Shown here: positions 28,869 through 38,513 of the stretch, in pieces | Numbering within the stretch: the stretch's first letter is position 1 | Layout of the letters: each line of letters begins with the position of its first letter | Assembly (NCBI GenBank): GCA_964368835.1 | Contig: CAYJCZ010000001.1 | Location: 89,481-153,480, forward strand | Direction: 5' to 3' | Length of the DNA: 64,000 nucleotides | DNA from: an uncultured Candidatus Saccharibacteria bacterium | GTDB taxonomy: Bacteria; Patescibacteriota; Minisyncoccia; Phycocordibacterales; UBA6065 | Position numbers and translations under genes: made by a program | Notes under the pieces: generated by a model | What the model was told of the DNA's origin: nothing | What the model saw: only the letters and a program-made list of their open reading frames with translations | Database searches by the model: none

Positions 28869-29122
28869 TTTCGTGAAACGAAGGAAAGATTATACAGCGC
28901 CAGAAAAAAAGGAAATAAGTTTGCAAGAAACCCAACTAAATCCTTTTTGCCTAACGAAAAGTAAGCCATAAGAAGCAGACTGCCAGATATGCTTGTGTAC
29001 CAAAAGTAGACAGGAAGTACACTTTTTTGAGCCTGTCTTGATGCAATAACCTGTATGACCCACCGTAAGGAGAAAAGCGCTACGCCTGTGAATCCGACTA
29101 TATTCCAGAAATAACTAGTCAT
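28865..29122 (-). CDS. LAB_N (lipid-A-disaccharide-synthase N-terminal like) small membrane protein
   Basis: WNIVGFTGVALFSLRWVIQVIASRQAQKSVLPVYFWYTSISGSLLLMAYF matches the about 90-aa LAB_N family usually paired with a GT2 polyprenyl-phosphate glycosyltransferase. Start moved to the internal Met. Confidence 0.6.
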   Translation of the reverse strand: MTSYFWNIVGFTGVALFSLRWVIQVIASRQAQKSVLPVYFWYTSISGSLLLMAYFSLGKKDLVGFLANLFPFFLALYNLSFVSRK

Positions 29123-29768
29123 TTTTAATTTTCGATTTAAATATATAAATATCAACTAATCCTTTAATGGTTCTATTGCTGAGATTATATTTCGTCTTCC
29201 CCGCAAATCTTTTTCTTGCCTGGATAGGGACCTCAATCAAAGTCAGACCTGCACTCTCCAAAAAACTTGGAATAAACCTGTGCATCCCTTCAAAAAGATG
29301 TAAGTGGGGAAGGTGACTCTTTCGAATAAGCTTCATTGCACCAGTATCCCGAGCGCTGTCCCGTGTAAATATACTTCTTACCCGGTTTGCGATTTTTGAG
29401 GCCGCACGATTCACGATACTCCTTTTTCTATTGATTCGATAGCCACATACAAAATCCGCCTGTAGCGAAGCCTCAAGTAATTTATGAATATCCTGGGGAT
29501 CACATTCACCATCTCCGTCCATGAGTACACATAATTCGTGACTTGCCTGATTAAGACCGTGCCAGGTCGCATGGCTTTGGCCTTTTCTCTCTGCAAAAGA
29601 GAGTAATGTAACGTTTTCCCGCTCTGAGACAATGGCCTGTGTTCGGTCTGTACTGCCATCGTTAACCACAAGTATTTCTGCTGCAGGGTGCATTTTTTCT
29701 ACCTCGTCGAGCACAAATCTAATGCTTTCTTCTTCATTGTGGACAGGGATAATAATAGAAAACTTCAT
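29115..29768 (-). CDS. GT2 family glycosyltransferase (polyprenyl-phosphate sugar synthase, DPM1/ArnC-like)
   Basis: MKFSIIIPVHNEEESI...VVNDGSTD...DGDGE GT-A DxD-type motifs. About 217 aa. Confidence 0.8.
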   Translation of the reverse strand: MKFSIIIPVHNEEESIRFVLDEVEKMHPAAEILVVNDGSTDRTQAIVSERENVTLLSFAERKGQSHATWHGLNQASHELCVLMDGDGECDPQDIHKLLEASLQADFVCGYRINRKRSIVNRAASKIANRVRSIFTRDSARDTGAMKLIRKSHLPHLHLFEGMHRFIPSFLESAGLTLIEVPIQARKRFAGKTKYNLSNRTIKGLVDIYIFKSKIKND

Positions 29769-29797
29769 AGGTCCTCATTCTACCGCCTTTAGAGGCA

Positions 29798-29826
29798 ACA
29801 AAAAACTCCCCGAAGGGAGCTTTTGT
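29798..29826. terminator. bidirectional terminator
   Basis: AAAAAACTCCCC-gaa-GGGAGCTTTTGT. Confidence 0.6.
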
Positions 29827-29835
29827 AGCGACTGA

Positions 29836-30582
29836 TTACTTTGCGAGGGCTGCTTTAATCTGGCTTTCAAGGCTGTCTGCTGAGACTGCGCCGCCGAGTA
29901 CTGTATTACCCTTTGCGGTAACAATCACGCTGTAAGGCGTACCTTTTGCTCCAGCTGAGATGCCACTCTGGTACTGCGCTTCTACTTTAGCTGCATATTT
30001 GCCGCTATCAAGGCAGGTCTGGAACTTTGCTCGATCAAGACCAATATAAGCAGCGATGTTTGGAAGTTCTGATGCTTCGAGTCGGTTGTTTGTTGGGCTT
30101 ACTTCAAACAATCGGTCGATATATTTCCAGAATCCATCATTTCCACCAAGTTCTGCTGCACATTCAGATGCTTCAGCTTCTTTTCGTGCCTTTGAATGGA
30201 GAGCATCAAGAGGGAAGTGTCGATATACCCACGCAACATCAGTTCCAGCAAATTTTGCTGTGACTGTCTTGAGTGTTGAATGGAACTGCTTACAGAACGG
30301 ACATTCGAGATCAGAATATTCAACTATGACTGCTTTTGCCTTTGCGTTACCACGGATATGGTCAGCAGAGGTAACTGCTGGAACCTTGACCGCTGCTGCA
30401 GCTGTAGGAGCCGCAGCCGTAGGATTTGCAGCTACTGCTGCAGTTGTTCCTTTTACTGCCATGCCTCCAACATTGCTTAGGCCAAAATAAAGTCCTGCGC
30501 CAATAAAGAGTCCCGCGAGGGCAACTGAAAGGGGAAGCGTGAGCCAATCCCTATAATCTGATTTTTGATCAATGTGTGTCAT
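29836..30582 (-). CDS. DsbA-like thiol:disulfide oxidoreductase, membrane-anchored
   Basis: N-terminal TM, Ala-rich linker, thioredoxin-fold CPFC active site (YSDLECPFCKQFH). Confidence 0.75.
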   Translation of the reverse strand: MTHIDQKSDYRDWLTLPLSVALAGLFIGAGLYFGLSNVGGMAVKGTTAAVAANPTAAAPTAAAAVKVPAVTSADHIRGNAKAKAVIVEYSDLECPFCKQFHSTLKTVTAKFAGTDVAWVYRHFPLDALHSKARKEAEASECAAELGGNDGFWKYIDRLFEVSPTNNRLEASELPNIAAYIGLDRAKFQTCLDSGKYAAKVEAQYQSGISAGAKGTPYSVIVTAKGNTVLGGAVSADSLESQIKAALAK

Positions 30583-30652
30583 GCGTATAAACGTGTGAAA
30601 AAATAACAGGTTGATTGTATCACGCTCGATATATTTTTGTTATGCTTTACGT

Positions 30653-31105
30653 ATGTTCAAGCGACAGTTTAAAAGTATGTGGCGCACCAATGCACCCAAG
30701 AGGATTTTCAAGAAAATTATCCTCGCGCTTCTTATCACCCTCGTTGTGTACGGTATCGGTTCGCTTCTGGTTAAAGACACCGTTGAGGCACCGCAATCTC
30801 CGGTCGCAACAGTGTTTATGACAAAAGATGGCTTTGTTCCAACAGAAATTGCCATAAAGCGTGGCCAATCAATTGAATTTATCAATAGTTCACCTGTTGG
30901 ATGTTTGGCAGGGGACGCGGAGTGTAATGTCTGGCCGGTATCAGATCCGTATCCATCTCACGATCTTTATCCGGAGTTTAATTCACAAAAACCAGTACAG
31001 CCGGGCACTTCCTGGATTTTCACCTTTAAAAAATCAGGTAATTGGGGTTTTCACGATCATTTAAGGTACAAGAATCGTGGTGTGATCCGTGTTATTGGCG
31101 AGTAA
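30653..31105 (+). CDS. membrane-anchored protein with possible cupredoxin-like domain
   Basis: N-terminal TM, then a beta-rich segment with Cys/His residues (CLAGDAEC...GFHDHL). The family call is tentative. Start moved to the internal Met. Confidence 0.35.
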   Translation: MFKRQFKSMWRTNAPKRIFKKIILALLITLVVYGIGSLLVKDTVEAPQSPVATVFMTKDGFVPTEIAIKRGQSIEFINSSPVGCLAGDAECNVWPVSDPYPSHDLYPEFNSQKPVQPGTSWIFTFKKSGNWGFHDHLRYKNRGVIRVIGE

Positions 31106-31165
31106 GAGCAATCCCCAGTTTTTCCTGCCGATTGTGCGATATACTAAAGGGGATTCACTCAATCT

Positions 31166-32914
31166 ATGTACATCGAAGAGCAACAACTAAAAACCTTCAT
31201 CGTTGATTCCGGTCTCGTTTCAAAAAAAGACATCGCTGATGCCGAAAAGGAAGCACGATCAAAAAAAACCGGTCTCGGTGAAATACTTGTTGTACAAGGA
31301 AAGCTATCAGAAGACGATCTTCGTAAAACCCAAGCGTATATTTTGGGAATTCCTTTCGTGGACCTCAAAGGGCAGAAGATTGATTTTACGGTTCTTTCAC
31401 TTGTTCCAGAACCAATTGCACGTAGCCACAATATAGTCGCTTTCAAGAAAACGTCTGACACGCTCGAGGTTGCCATGCTTGATACCGACGACCTTCACGC
31501 AATCGACTTTATTAAAAAGAAGGTGGGTCTGCGCATCATGCCGCGTCTGACCGATGCTGAATCAATCAAATCGGTTCTACTCCAGTATCAAAAAAGCCTC
31601 AAAGCTGAGTTCGGAGACCTTATCAAGAAGGAAACAGCTACTCTAAAGGCTCTTTCAGAGGAAATAGGGGGTAAGGCAAACGAGGGGGATCTCAAAAAGA
31701 TGGCCGAAGACCTCCCGGTTATTCGTGTCGTTGATACGCTTTTGAAGCATGCCATCATACAGGGTGCATCCGACGTTCATATTGAACCGATGGAAAAGGA
31801 GCTTTTGGTGCGATATCGAATTGACGGTCTTCTCCACGATGCTATGGTGCTCCCTAAAGAGGCAGAAACCTCCATTACGGCGCGTATCAAGGTGCTTTCG
31901 AATCTGAAGCTTGATGAGAAGCGTTTGCCTCAAGACGGGCGTTTTAAAGTCGAAATGAACGAAGAGAAAGTGTCGCTTCGTGTGTCGATTTTGCCAACAT
32001 TTTATGGTGAAAAGACAGTTATGCGACTTTTGCGAGAATCTGTTTCAGGTTTTAGTCTTGAGCACCTTGGTTTTCATGGGGAAGCGCTCGAACGTATCCA
32101 TGCAGCAACAAAGCTTGCGACGGGTATGATCCTTGCGACGGGACCTACAGGATCTGGTAAGTCTACAACCCTCTATACAGTGCTTGATATTTTGAATACA
32201 CCTGACGTAAACATCTCAACTGTTGAGGACCCGGTTGAATATCAGATGCCTCGAGTTAATCAGACCGCTGTTCGCCCAGATATCGGCTTTACATTCGCAG
32301 TGGGACTACGAACTCTCGTTCGACAAGACCCCGATATCATCATGGTGGGAGAAATTCGAGATAACGAGACTGCTGCGCTTGCCGTAAACGCTGCACTTAC
32401 TGGTCACTTGGTGCTTTCTACGCTTCACACCAACTCTGCTGCTGGTGCAATGCCACGACTTCTTGATATGAAGATCGAGCCGTTCCTTCTTGTATCGACG
32501 CTTTCGGTGGTGATTGGTCAGCGACTTGTGCGAAGACTCACCGAATCTCGAGAGCGCAGGCCTCTTACAAAAGCGGAACTCACTGCACTAGGCAAAGTAG
32601 TGGATCTTGATCGAATGCTCAGTATCTTGCGCGCAGAAAAAGCAATTGGTCCAAAAGATGAGTGGGACAAAGTTATGTTTGGAGTGCCGCGAGTGACACC
32701 CGATAACGATGGATACAAAGGGCGAGTTGGTATTCACGAAGTTTTGAAAATGTCTCCAACTATTAAGGAGCTTATTATGAAAGGGGCAACATCGGGCGCT
32801 ATAGAAGAACAAGCAAAGCGAGAGGGAATGGTTACGATGCTTGAAGACGGTATTTATAACGCTGCTCAAGGATATACGACTATCGAAGAGGTGCTTCGTG
32901 TGGTGACGGAATAA
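31166..32914 (+). CDS. pilB: type IV pilus assembly ATPase PilB (GspE family)
   Basis: N-terminal GSPII_E N-domain, Walker A LATGPTGSGKSTTLYTVL, Asp/His boxes, Walker B. About 580 aa. Confidence 0.9.
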   Translation: MYIEEQQLKTFIVDSGLVSKKDIADAEKEARSKKTGLGEILVVQGKLSEDDLRKTQAYILGIPFVDLKGQKIDFTVLSLVPEPIARSHNIVAFKKTSDTLEVAMLDTDDLHAIDFIKKKVGLRIMPRLTDAESIKSVLLQYQKSLKAEFGDLIKKETATLKALSEEIGGKANEGDLKKMAEDLPVIRVVDTLLKHAIIQGASDVHIEPMEKELLVRYRIDGLLHDAMVLPKEAETSITARIKVLSNLKLDEKRLPQDGRFKVEMNEEKVSLRVSILPTFYGEKTVMRLLRESVSGFSLEHLGFHGEALERIHAATKLATGMILATGPTGSGKSTTLYTVLDILNTPDVNISTVEDPVEYQMPRVNQTAVRPDIGFTFAVGLRTLVRQDPDIIMVGEIRDNETAALAVNAALTGHLVLSTLHTNSAAGAMPRLLDMKIEPFLLVSTLSVVIGQRLVRRLTESRERRPLTKAELTALGKVVDLDRMLSILRAEKAIGPKDEWDKVMFGVPRVTPDNDGYKGRVGIHEVLKMSPTIKELIMKGATSGAIEEQAKREGMVTMLEDGIYNAAQGYTTIEEVLRVVTE

Positions 32915-32917
32915 TTC

Positions 32918-32964
32918 GGGCGCATAAAAAAGAGCCTCAATCGAGGCTCTTTTTTATGCGCCCG
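32918..32964. terminator. strong bidirectional terminator
   Basis: GGGCGCATAAAAAAGAGCCTC-aatc-GAGGCTCTTTTTTATGCGCCC nested inverted repeat. Confidence 0.7.
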
Positions 32965-32971
32965 GCGCTCT

Positions 32972-33757
32972 TTATTTAATCTCGTAAGTAATCGTCACAT
33001 TCGAGACAATCTTGCTTTCACCAGTTGGAAGTGAGACCTGGTTTGATACTTCCTGTGCAACAGCTGAACCACCCATGCCTACATCTTTTGCCATGTAGTA
33101 AGGCTGATACGGAGACTGTTCATAGAAGCTTGTAATACCAACGATCTTTACGCCAAGTGATGCTGCGAGCTCTTCTGCCTGAGTCTTTGCATCTTCGATA
33201 GCCTTATCTCGCGCTTCTCGAAGAAGTTCATCCTGCTTATCAACAGAGAATGAAAGGCCAGAAACATTCGTTGCTCCGAATTCACCTATACCTGAAAGGA
33301 GAGTTCCGGCATCTTCAAGTTTTCGTACCTTGATTTGAATAGTTTGAGATACGACATATCCTGCGAGAACCTGCTTACCTGCAACATATGCTGTGCCGTT
33401 TGTGTAATCGTAACGAGGGTAAATATCGTATGAGATTGTCTTTACGTCCCTGTCTTCAACACCTGCTTTCTTTATATAAGCGAGGATTGAATCCATTTTC
33501 TGAGCTGACTTTGTCTGAGCGTCGCTTACTTTTGACGCCTCTTCGCTTACCGTAAAGGTAAATGTTGCGATGTCGGGAGTAGCAACAACTTCACCTTTGC
33601 CTGATACGTTGATCTGGCTTGGCATGTTTGTAGACTTGCCGATATACGACATTGATTTAAATTCTGAAGCGATTTTGACGCCGACAAATGCAATAAGAAT
33701 AATGCAAAGGCCGGTAAGAAGACTCCTCATAAGAGGATTGTTATTTATTGAATCCAT
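32972..33757 (-). CDS. SIMPL/DUF541 family secreted protein
   Basis: N-terminal TM or signal, then a TFTFTVSEEASKVSDAQTKSAQKMDSILAYIKKAGV...YDIYP pattern typical of the DUF541 (26 kDa periplasmic immunogenic protein) family. Confidence 0.55.
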   Translation of the reverse strand: MDSINNNPLMRSLLTGLCIILIAFVGVKIASEFKSMSYIGKSTNMPSQINVSGKGEVVATPDIATFTFTVSEEASKVSDAQTKSAQKMDSILAYIKKAGVEDRDVKTISYDIYPRYDYTNGTAYVAGKQVLAGYVVSQTIQIKVRKLEDAGTLLSGIGEFGATNVSGLSFSVDKQDELLREARDKAIEDAKTQAEELAASLGVKIVGITSFYEQSPYQPYYMAKDVGMGGSAVAQEVSNQVSLPTGESKIVSNVTITYEIK

Positions 33758-33873
33758 TTTAATATAATTAATAATCTAGTTAGTGGGCGATTGTGCTGCA
33801 ATCAGCCCGTAAAGGTGCCGCTGGGGCCCTCTAGTAATAGAAGACGGACGAGGTCAACTATTCTTACACATCT

Positions 33874-34758
33874 CTACTTTTTTCCGCGGCACGATATTTC
33901 TGCCGATAGTACAAGATTATCAAATAAAGAAAGGACCGTCATTGGGCCAACACCGCCGGGAACGGGTGATATTGCCGAAACAACAGGAGAAACTTCTTTG
34001 AAATTCACATCGCCAACAAGTTTTCGCGTAGGCATTTCTTCGTCGAACTTTTTACCAGTAGTGCTATTGATCCCTACATCTACTACGATTGCACCGGGCT
34101 TAATGTATGAGGCATCGATATGTTCTGGTTTTCCGATAGCAACGATAACAATGTCCGCTTCCTTGGAAATTTCTTTGGGGTTTGGTGTTTGAGAATGACA
34201 GACGGATACAAGGGCGCCTTTTTGTGTGAGGAGGGAGGCGGTTGGAAGACCTACAAGCCGAGAACGGCCAAAGACGGCCACTTTTTTACCTTTCGGGTCG
34301 ATATTATAAAAATCCATGAGGAGTCCTACACCTTTTGCGGTTGCTGGAATAAATTTGGTTTTAGATGTGAGACCGTCGACATCTTTTGTAGGATCAATTT
34401 CTTCGATAAGGCTGTCTTTGTCAGTGTGTGAAGGAATAGGGAGTTGGATGATGATGCCGTGAACATCGGTTCTTTTGTTGAGGAGAGAAATTTGTTCTCG
34501 TACTACTTCTGTCGTCGTGGTTTCAGGTAAATGAATATGTTCAACCGCTGCGCCTATTGATAGGGCGAATTTCTTTTTCTGTTCGATGTAGATTACAGAC
34601 TCTTTGTTATTACCAATCTGGATTAAGGCAAGAAGCGGTTGTACGGGCAATGCCTTTAGACGCACCATAAGCTGTGCTTTAAAGAAATCCCGGGCCTTTT
34701 TTCCATCGAGAAGCTGTGACATGAAAGTGACTATATCATGCGTATTCCCGAGAGTCAC
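33874..34758 (-). CDS. folD: bifunctional methylenetetrahydrofolate dehydrogenase/cyclohydrolase
   Basis: Conserved FolD blocks (PVQPLLALIQIGNN...; VFGRSRLVGLPTASLL; VVDVGIN). Confidence 0.9.
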   Translation of the reverse strand: MTLGNTHDIVTFMSQLLDGKKARDFFKAQLMVRLKALPVQPLLALIQIGNNKESVIYIEQKKKFALSIGAAVEHIHLPETTTTEVVREQISLLNKRTDVHGIIIQLPIPSHTDKDSLIEEIDPTKDVDGLTSKTKFIPATAKGVGLLMDFYNIDPKGKKVAVFGRSRLVGLPTASLLTQKGALVSVCHSQTPNPKEISKEADIVIVAIGKPEHIDASYIKPGAIVVDVGINSTTGKKFDEEMPTRKLVGDVNFKEVSPVVSAISPVPGGVGPMTVLSLFDNLVLSAEISCRGKK

Positions 34759-34766
34759 TTGGCAGA

Positions 34767-35321
34767 CTAAAGCGTCCTAGCAACAAGATAGATAAGAAAG
34801 ATTCCAATAGCGTTGAAGGTATATGAGATAAGCATGAAACGTCTGGTTGAGATCTTTGAAAGACCCATGAGAGCAAGGCCAATTTCGTCAGGAAGAGGGG
34901 ATGCAATGATGAGTGCGCCAACAAGTGCAAGTGACCAGCGAACGAATCGATAGCGGAAAATATGGCGTATTCGACGAGATTTTGCGTGAGCTAAAAGATA
35001 ACTAATATCATTTGATATGTGGCCTTTAACGAAACTAAAGATGACCAGGTCTCCAATGACAGAACCGAGTGCGCCAACAAGAGCGATAACAACAGGTGGG
35101 AAGGCGAGGCTTAGCTTTGCGAGAACTACAATTGCGGGCGCTGTTGTAAATGCAGAGGTAAAGAAAAGACCCGCTACAAAGGCACCGACGATGTAGTAGC
35201 CGTCTACATGAGCAAGAAAATCATCGATGATCCCAGAGCGGACAAGGAGGAGTGCAACAATGATTGAAATTACCACCACTCCTATGTCCCGCATGATTCT
35301 GCCGTGAGCTTTAGTTTCCAT
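34767..35321 (-). CDS. hypothetical polytopic membrane protein
   Basis: Five to six hydrophobic helices. Start moved to the internal Met (METKAHG) to remove overlap with the upstream gene. Confidence 0.45.
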   Translation of the reverse strand: METKAHGRIMRDIGVVVISIIVALLLVRSGIIDDFLAHVDGYYIVGAFVAGLFFTSAFTTAPAIVVLAKLSLAFPPVVIALVGALGSVIGDLVIFSFVKGHISNDISYLLAHAKSRRIRHIFRYRFVRWSLALVGALIIASPLPDEIGLALMGLSKISTRRFMLISYTFNAIGIFLIYLVARTL

Positions 35322-35382
35322 GGGGTGTATTCTACCAGCTAATCTACCCAGCAAAAAGCCACCCGTGAGGATGGCTTTTGTT

Positions 35383-36039
35383 TTAAATAGTGATTTCCTT
35401 TGCTGGATTGAAGTTTCCGTCCTCTGCGATGAAAATCTTTGTTCGAGGAACTGAAGGGGCTGTTGACATTGGCTCACCCTGATCTCGATCAAGATAGCTT
35501 ACTGATACTACAGCCTGAGCTGCTCCTTTGTTGTCGCTTATGACGTCAACGCGGATACCAGTGATAGTAACTCGGTCACCAACGAGAGCATATGACTTGT
35601 CAGTCAAAGCGCTACCTGAGTCTTCAAACAATACAATGTACTTGTATGTACCTGAACCGCCTGAATTAACAGCGAGTGAGGTTACAACATACTTTGCACC
35701 GCCGACTTCTTTTTCTACAGCGACATCGCCAAGAGTAAGTGTACCCTTAACATTTCCTTCGCTGAACTTTGCTGTACCGTTTTCAAGAGCTACACGTGCA
35801 CCGCTTTCAGATGCTGAAACTGACGCGCTCTTAAGTCTTCCGAGAAGGGAAGTGTCTGTAGATTCCTTAGTTACAGGAGCATAATCTTCCTTTGTAACAC
35901 CTGAAGGAGTCTCAGTTGGGGTTTCTGTTCCGTTGTTTTCTGTATTTGGGGTCGCTGAGTCAGAACCATTAAACGCCATGTAAGCGATTACGGCTAGGAC
36001 GATCAAGACTACCAATACTGCTATTCCTTTCTTATTCAT
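35383..36039 (-). CDS. secreted/membrane-anchored hypothetical protein
   Basis: N-terminal TM, Thr/Glu/Pro-rich linker, beta-rich C-terminal domain. Confidence 0.45.
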   Translation of the reverse strand: MNKKGIAVLVVLIVLAVIAYMAFNGSDSATPNTENNGTETPTETPSGVTKEDYAPVTKESTDTSLLGRLKSASVSASESGARVALENGTAKFSEGNVKGTLTLGDVAVEKEVGGAKYVVTSLAVNSGGSGTYKYIVLFEDSGSALTDKSYALVGDRVTITGIRVDVISDNKGAAQAVVSVSYLDRDQGEPMSTAPSVPRTKIFIAEDGNFNPAKEITI

Positions 36040-36118
36040 ATGAATTGTTAACTACTGTCAGTAAAATTGACTCGGCCATTGTAGCACGAGGTTTTTCGAT
36101 CTCAAAGCTATTTCTCCT

Positions 36119-37198
36119 CTAGATTGTGTGAACTTCTATGTCTTCTTTTCCGTCAGAAATGACCACAGAAAAAGAGATTCTACCCAAAAGTTGACCGCGT
36201 GGGCTTGCTACATCCACTCTCCACTGACCGGGGAAAAGGTTTTCTTTGACGGAATATGTCCTAAATCCTCCATCGCGACCTCCGGTGATGCCGAGTTTGA
36301 CGGTATTTGCGGTTGTCCACGCTCGGTCTTTGGTGTCGTAGTACTGCCAGTTGTGAATAACGTCAGTCTTTAGATTGGTCGGTGCAAATATGGCTGTTAT
36401 GGCATAGAGAGGCTGACCGGGCACCATATGAATTGTCGGATCGGCAGAAAAAATTTTAAACCATTCTTGTTCTTCGCCAAACGCGTGGTACGTTCCATCG
36501 GGAAGTTTAATAAGTGATCGATAAATACCAACTTCCTTGAGGGCAAGCGGGATTGGGGGAATGAGGTTGGTGAAGTAGAGAGCATTCATGATTCCAAAGA
36601 TGAGAAAAATGAGAAGCGTAAAGTATGGAGCGCTCCTCTTTGTTCTCTGAGGCGCAAACCATGAAAGCATATATACAAATAGGCCGGTGATGATAAGGCT
36701 TGTGATACCAGAGACGATAAAAATAGGGTCACCCATTTTGCCAAGGATGATAGGGAGGAAAAAGATAAGATATGAGAAAAGTGCTGTGAAATATACAGCG
36801 ATTTGAAAGCTTAAGCGGAGGTAGTTTTTTCGAAGGATCTCGTTTCCGACTATGTAACCAACGAGAAGGAGAAGGAACGGCCAGCTCGCGGTGATGGTTC
36901 CACTTTTTGAATAGAACAGGAAGGATGCGCTGAAAAGACCTCCGAGACAGAATTGCATCATGAATACCAGGATGAGATGGATTGTTCCTGAATGCTCGCT
37001 CTCATATTTTGTCTGGCGAATGTTTAGGAGCACAATCGAGAGCGCAGAAATGATGAGGTAGCTTATGAGGAGTGCGTTTGAGAAAAACACATCGATGCGG
37101 CGAAGCATGAGGTTATCAAAGATAAAGCCTCCCAATACGGTGACAGGGGAAACATAGCGTTCGTATTTAGTGAAGAAGGCGATTGTTTTATCAATCAT
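36119..37198 (-). CDS. hypothetical polytopic membrane protein with C-terminal soluble domain
   Basis: About 8 TM helices, then an approximately 130-aa C-terminal domain. Confidence 0.45.
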   Translation of the reverse strand: MIDKTIAFFTKYERYVSPVTVLGGFIFDNLMLRRIDVFFSNALLISYLIISALSIVLLNIRQTKYESEHSGTIHLILVFMMQFCLGGLFSASFLFYSKSGTITASWPFLLLLVGYIVGNEILRKNYLRLSFQIAVYFTALFSYLIFFLPIILGKMGDPIFIVSGITSLIITGLFVYMLSWFAPQRTKRSAPYFTLLIFLIFGIMNALYFTNLIPPIPLALKEVGIYRSLIKLPDGTYHAFGEEQEWFKIFSADPTIHMVPGQPLYAITAIFAPTNLKTDVIHNWQYYDTKDRAWTTANTVKLGITGGRDGGFRTYSVKENLFPGQWRVDVASPRGQLLGRISFSVVISDGKEDIEVHTI

Positions 37199-37257
37199 GA
37201 ACTTATTATTGCACAGAGAGCTGTACAGAGGAAAATAAACTGATTTAGTTTATAAAA

Positions 37258-37743
37258 TTACTGAACAGTGCTTGTCGATACCACCATGCTTGGTGTTGAT
37301 GTGGCGTTTTTTGATATTTTGCACGCGTATCGTCGGTTGAGTGCGTCAACGGTTACATCATTTACATCACCTGTTTCTGCGAGGTCGTATCTATTTTGAA
37401 ATGCACGTACTGCGGCTAGTGTAGAAGGGCCAAAGTATGCTGTGAGATAAACTCCACCCCCGGTTTCTTCATTTGGATCAATGTATAAGCCCTCGTTTTT
37501 AAGCGCCGCTTGAAGTGCTTTTACTTCGATAGGGTAGTACGCAACGCCGCCTGGGCCGAGGATTCCTTCGTTTGATGGATTTTTCAGATCTTTTTTATCG
37601 CCAAACTGGGTGTTATAGCTGAACGTAAAACAAAAACCAGAGGTGTGGGGCTTAAAGAATAAGAACGCAGCAGATGTAACTACGATAAGCGCTACGAGAA
37701 TAATAAGAGCCTTTTGGTTTTGAGTAATTGATTTTGATTCCAT
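37258..37743 (-). CDS. membrane-anchored protein with putative peptidoglycan-binding (PG_binding_1-like) domain
   Basis: KALQAALKNEGLY...GYFGPSTLAAVRAFQNRYDLAETGDVNDVTVDAL resembles the PG-binding repeat (LQ..L...G......G.FG..T..AV..FQ). Confidence 0.5.
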   Translation of the reverse strand: MESKSITQNQKALIILVALIVVTSAAFLFFKPHTSGFCFTFSYNTQFGDKKDLKNPSNEGILGPGGVAYYPIEVKALQAALKNEGLYIDPNEETGGGVYLTAYFGPSTLAAVRAFQNRYDLAETGDVNDVTVDALNRRYACKISKNATSTPSMVVSTSTVQ

Positions 37744-37761
37744 ATTTTTATTACCTGCAGA

Positions 37762-38067
37762 TTACTCTTGTGAACCACTTTTTGCAAATTTACCGAGAAT
37801 AAAAACGTTGCCGGTTGAAGTAACAAACATTTTGCGCTCCATTGGATCAGGGGTAAAGCATGCGTACTGTGCCGTGACGCTATATCCGAAAGGGACGCGG
37901 GATGATGAGGTTACTTGGGTAAACAAACACGGCTCGCTTGATCCTGATTTTTCTGCCTCTTTCTGTGAGTACACGGTGAGCTTATCCATTACATAGCCCT
38001 GATTTACCCACGGACCCCAAGCAAAAACAACTGCGGCTCCTAAAAGAAATGTAACGATTGTTTGCAT
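37762..38067 (-). CDS. small secreted hypothetical protein
   Basis: Signal peptide. 101 aa. Confidence 0.4.
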   Translation of the reverse strand: MQTIVTFLLGAAVVFAWGPWVNQGYVMDKLTVYSQKEAEKSGSSEPCLFTQVTSSSRVPFGYSVTAQYACFTPDPMERKMFVTSTGNVFILGKFAKSGSQE

Positions 38068-38081
38068 GTTATTTTAATTAT

Positions 38082-38483
38082 TTATTCTGTTGTAACACCA
38101 TCGAATTCAGGACCATCTTTTTCTGCTTCTTCTTTTGTTTTTCTTGAGATTCCGTCTTTGTGGTGGGCAGGGGAGTAGATTGTATAGAGTTTCAGGTCCT
38201 CTGTTTTAGAATCATTTATGACATTGTGTCGTGCTCCTGCAGGGACGATGACAGCATCGCCATCGCGTACAGTGTGCACTGTGTCGTTTATAAGTACGCG
38301 TCCTTCACCTTTTTCGAATCGAAAGAATTGGTCATTATCCTCGTGAATTTCGCTGCCAATCTCTTCTCCTGGTAACAAGCTCATTAGTACAAGCTGGGAG
38401 TGTGCGCCTGTGTAAAGAACTTTTCTGTATTCTTTATTGTTAACTGTGGCAGTTTCTATGTTTGTTTTATAGCCTTTTTTCAT
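38082..38483 (-). CDS. cupin-domain protein
   Basis: SLLPGEEIGSEIHEDNDQFFRFEKGEG...DGDAVIVPAGARHNV two-motif cupin signature. Confidence 0.7.
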   Translation of the reverse strand: MKKGYKTNIETATVNNKEYRKVLYTGAHSQLVLMSLLPGEEIGSEIHEDNDQFFRFEKGEGRVLINDTVHTVRDGDAVIVPAGARHNVINDSKTEDLKLYTIYSPAHHKDGISRKTKEEAEKDGPEFDGVTTE

Positions 38484-38513
38484 AGCTATAGTATAGCAAC
38501 TTCTTTCGCGTAC

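Noticed and set aside
33791-34192. 133-aa plus-strand ORF
   Set aside because: Antisense to the well-supported folD gene. Low-complexity Pro/Ser/Thr translation.
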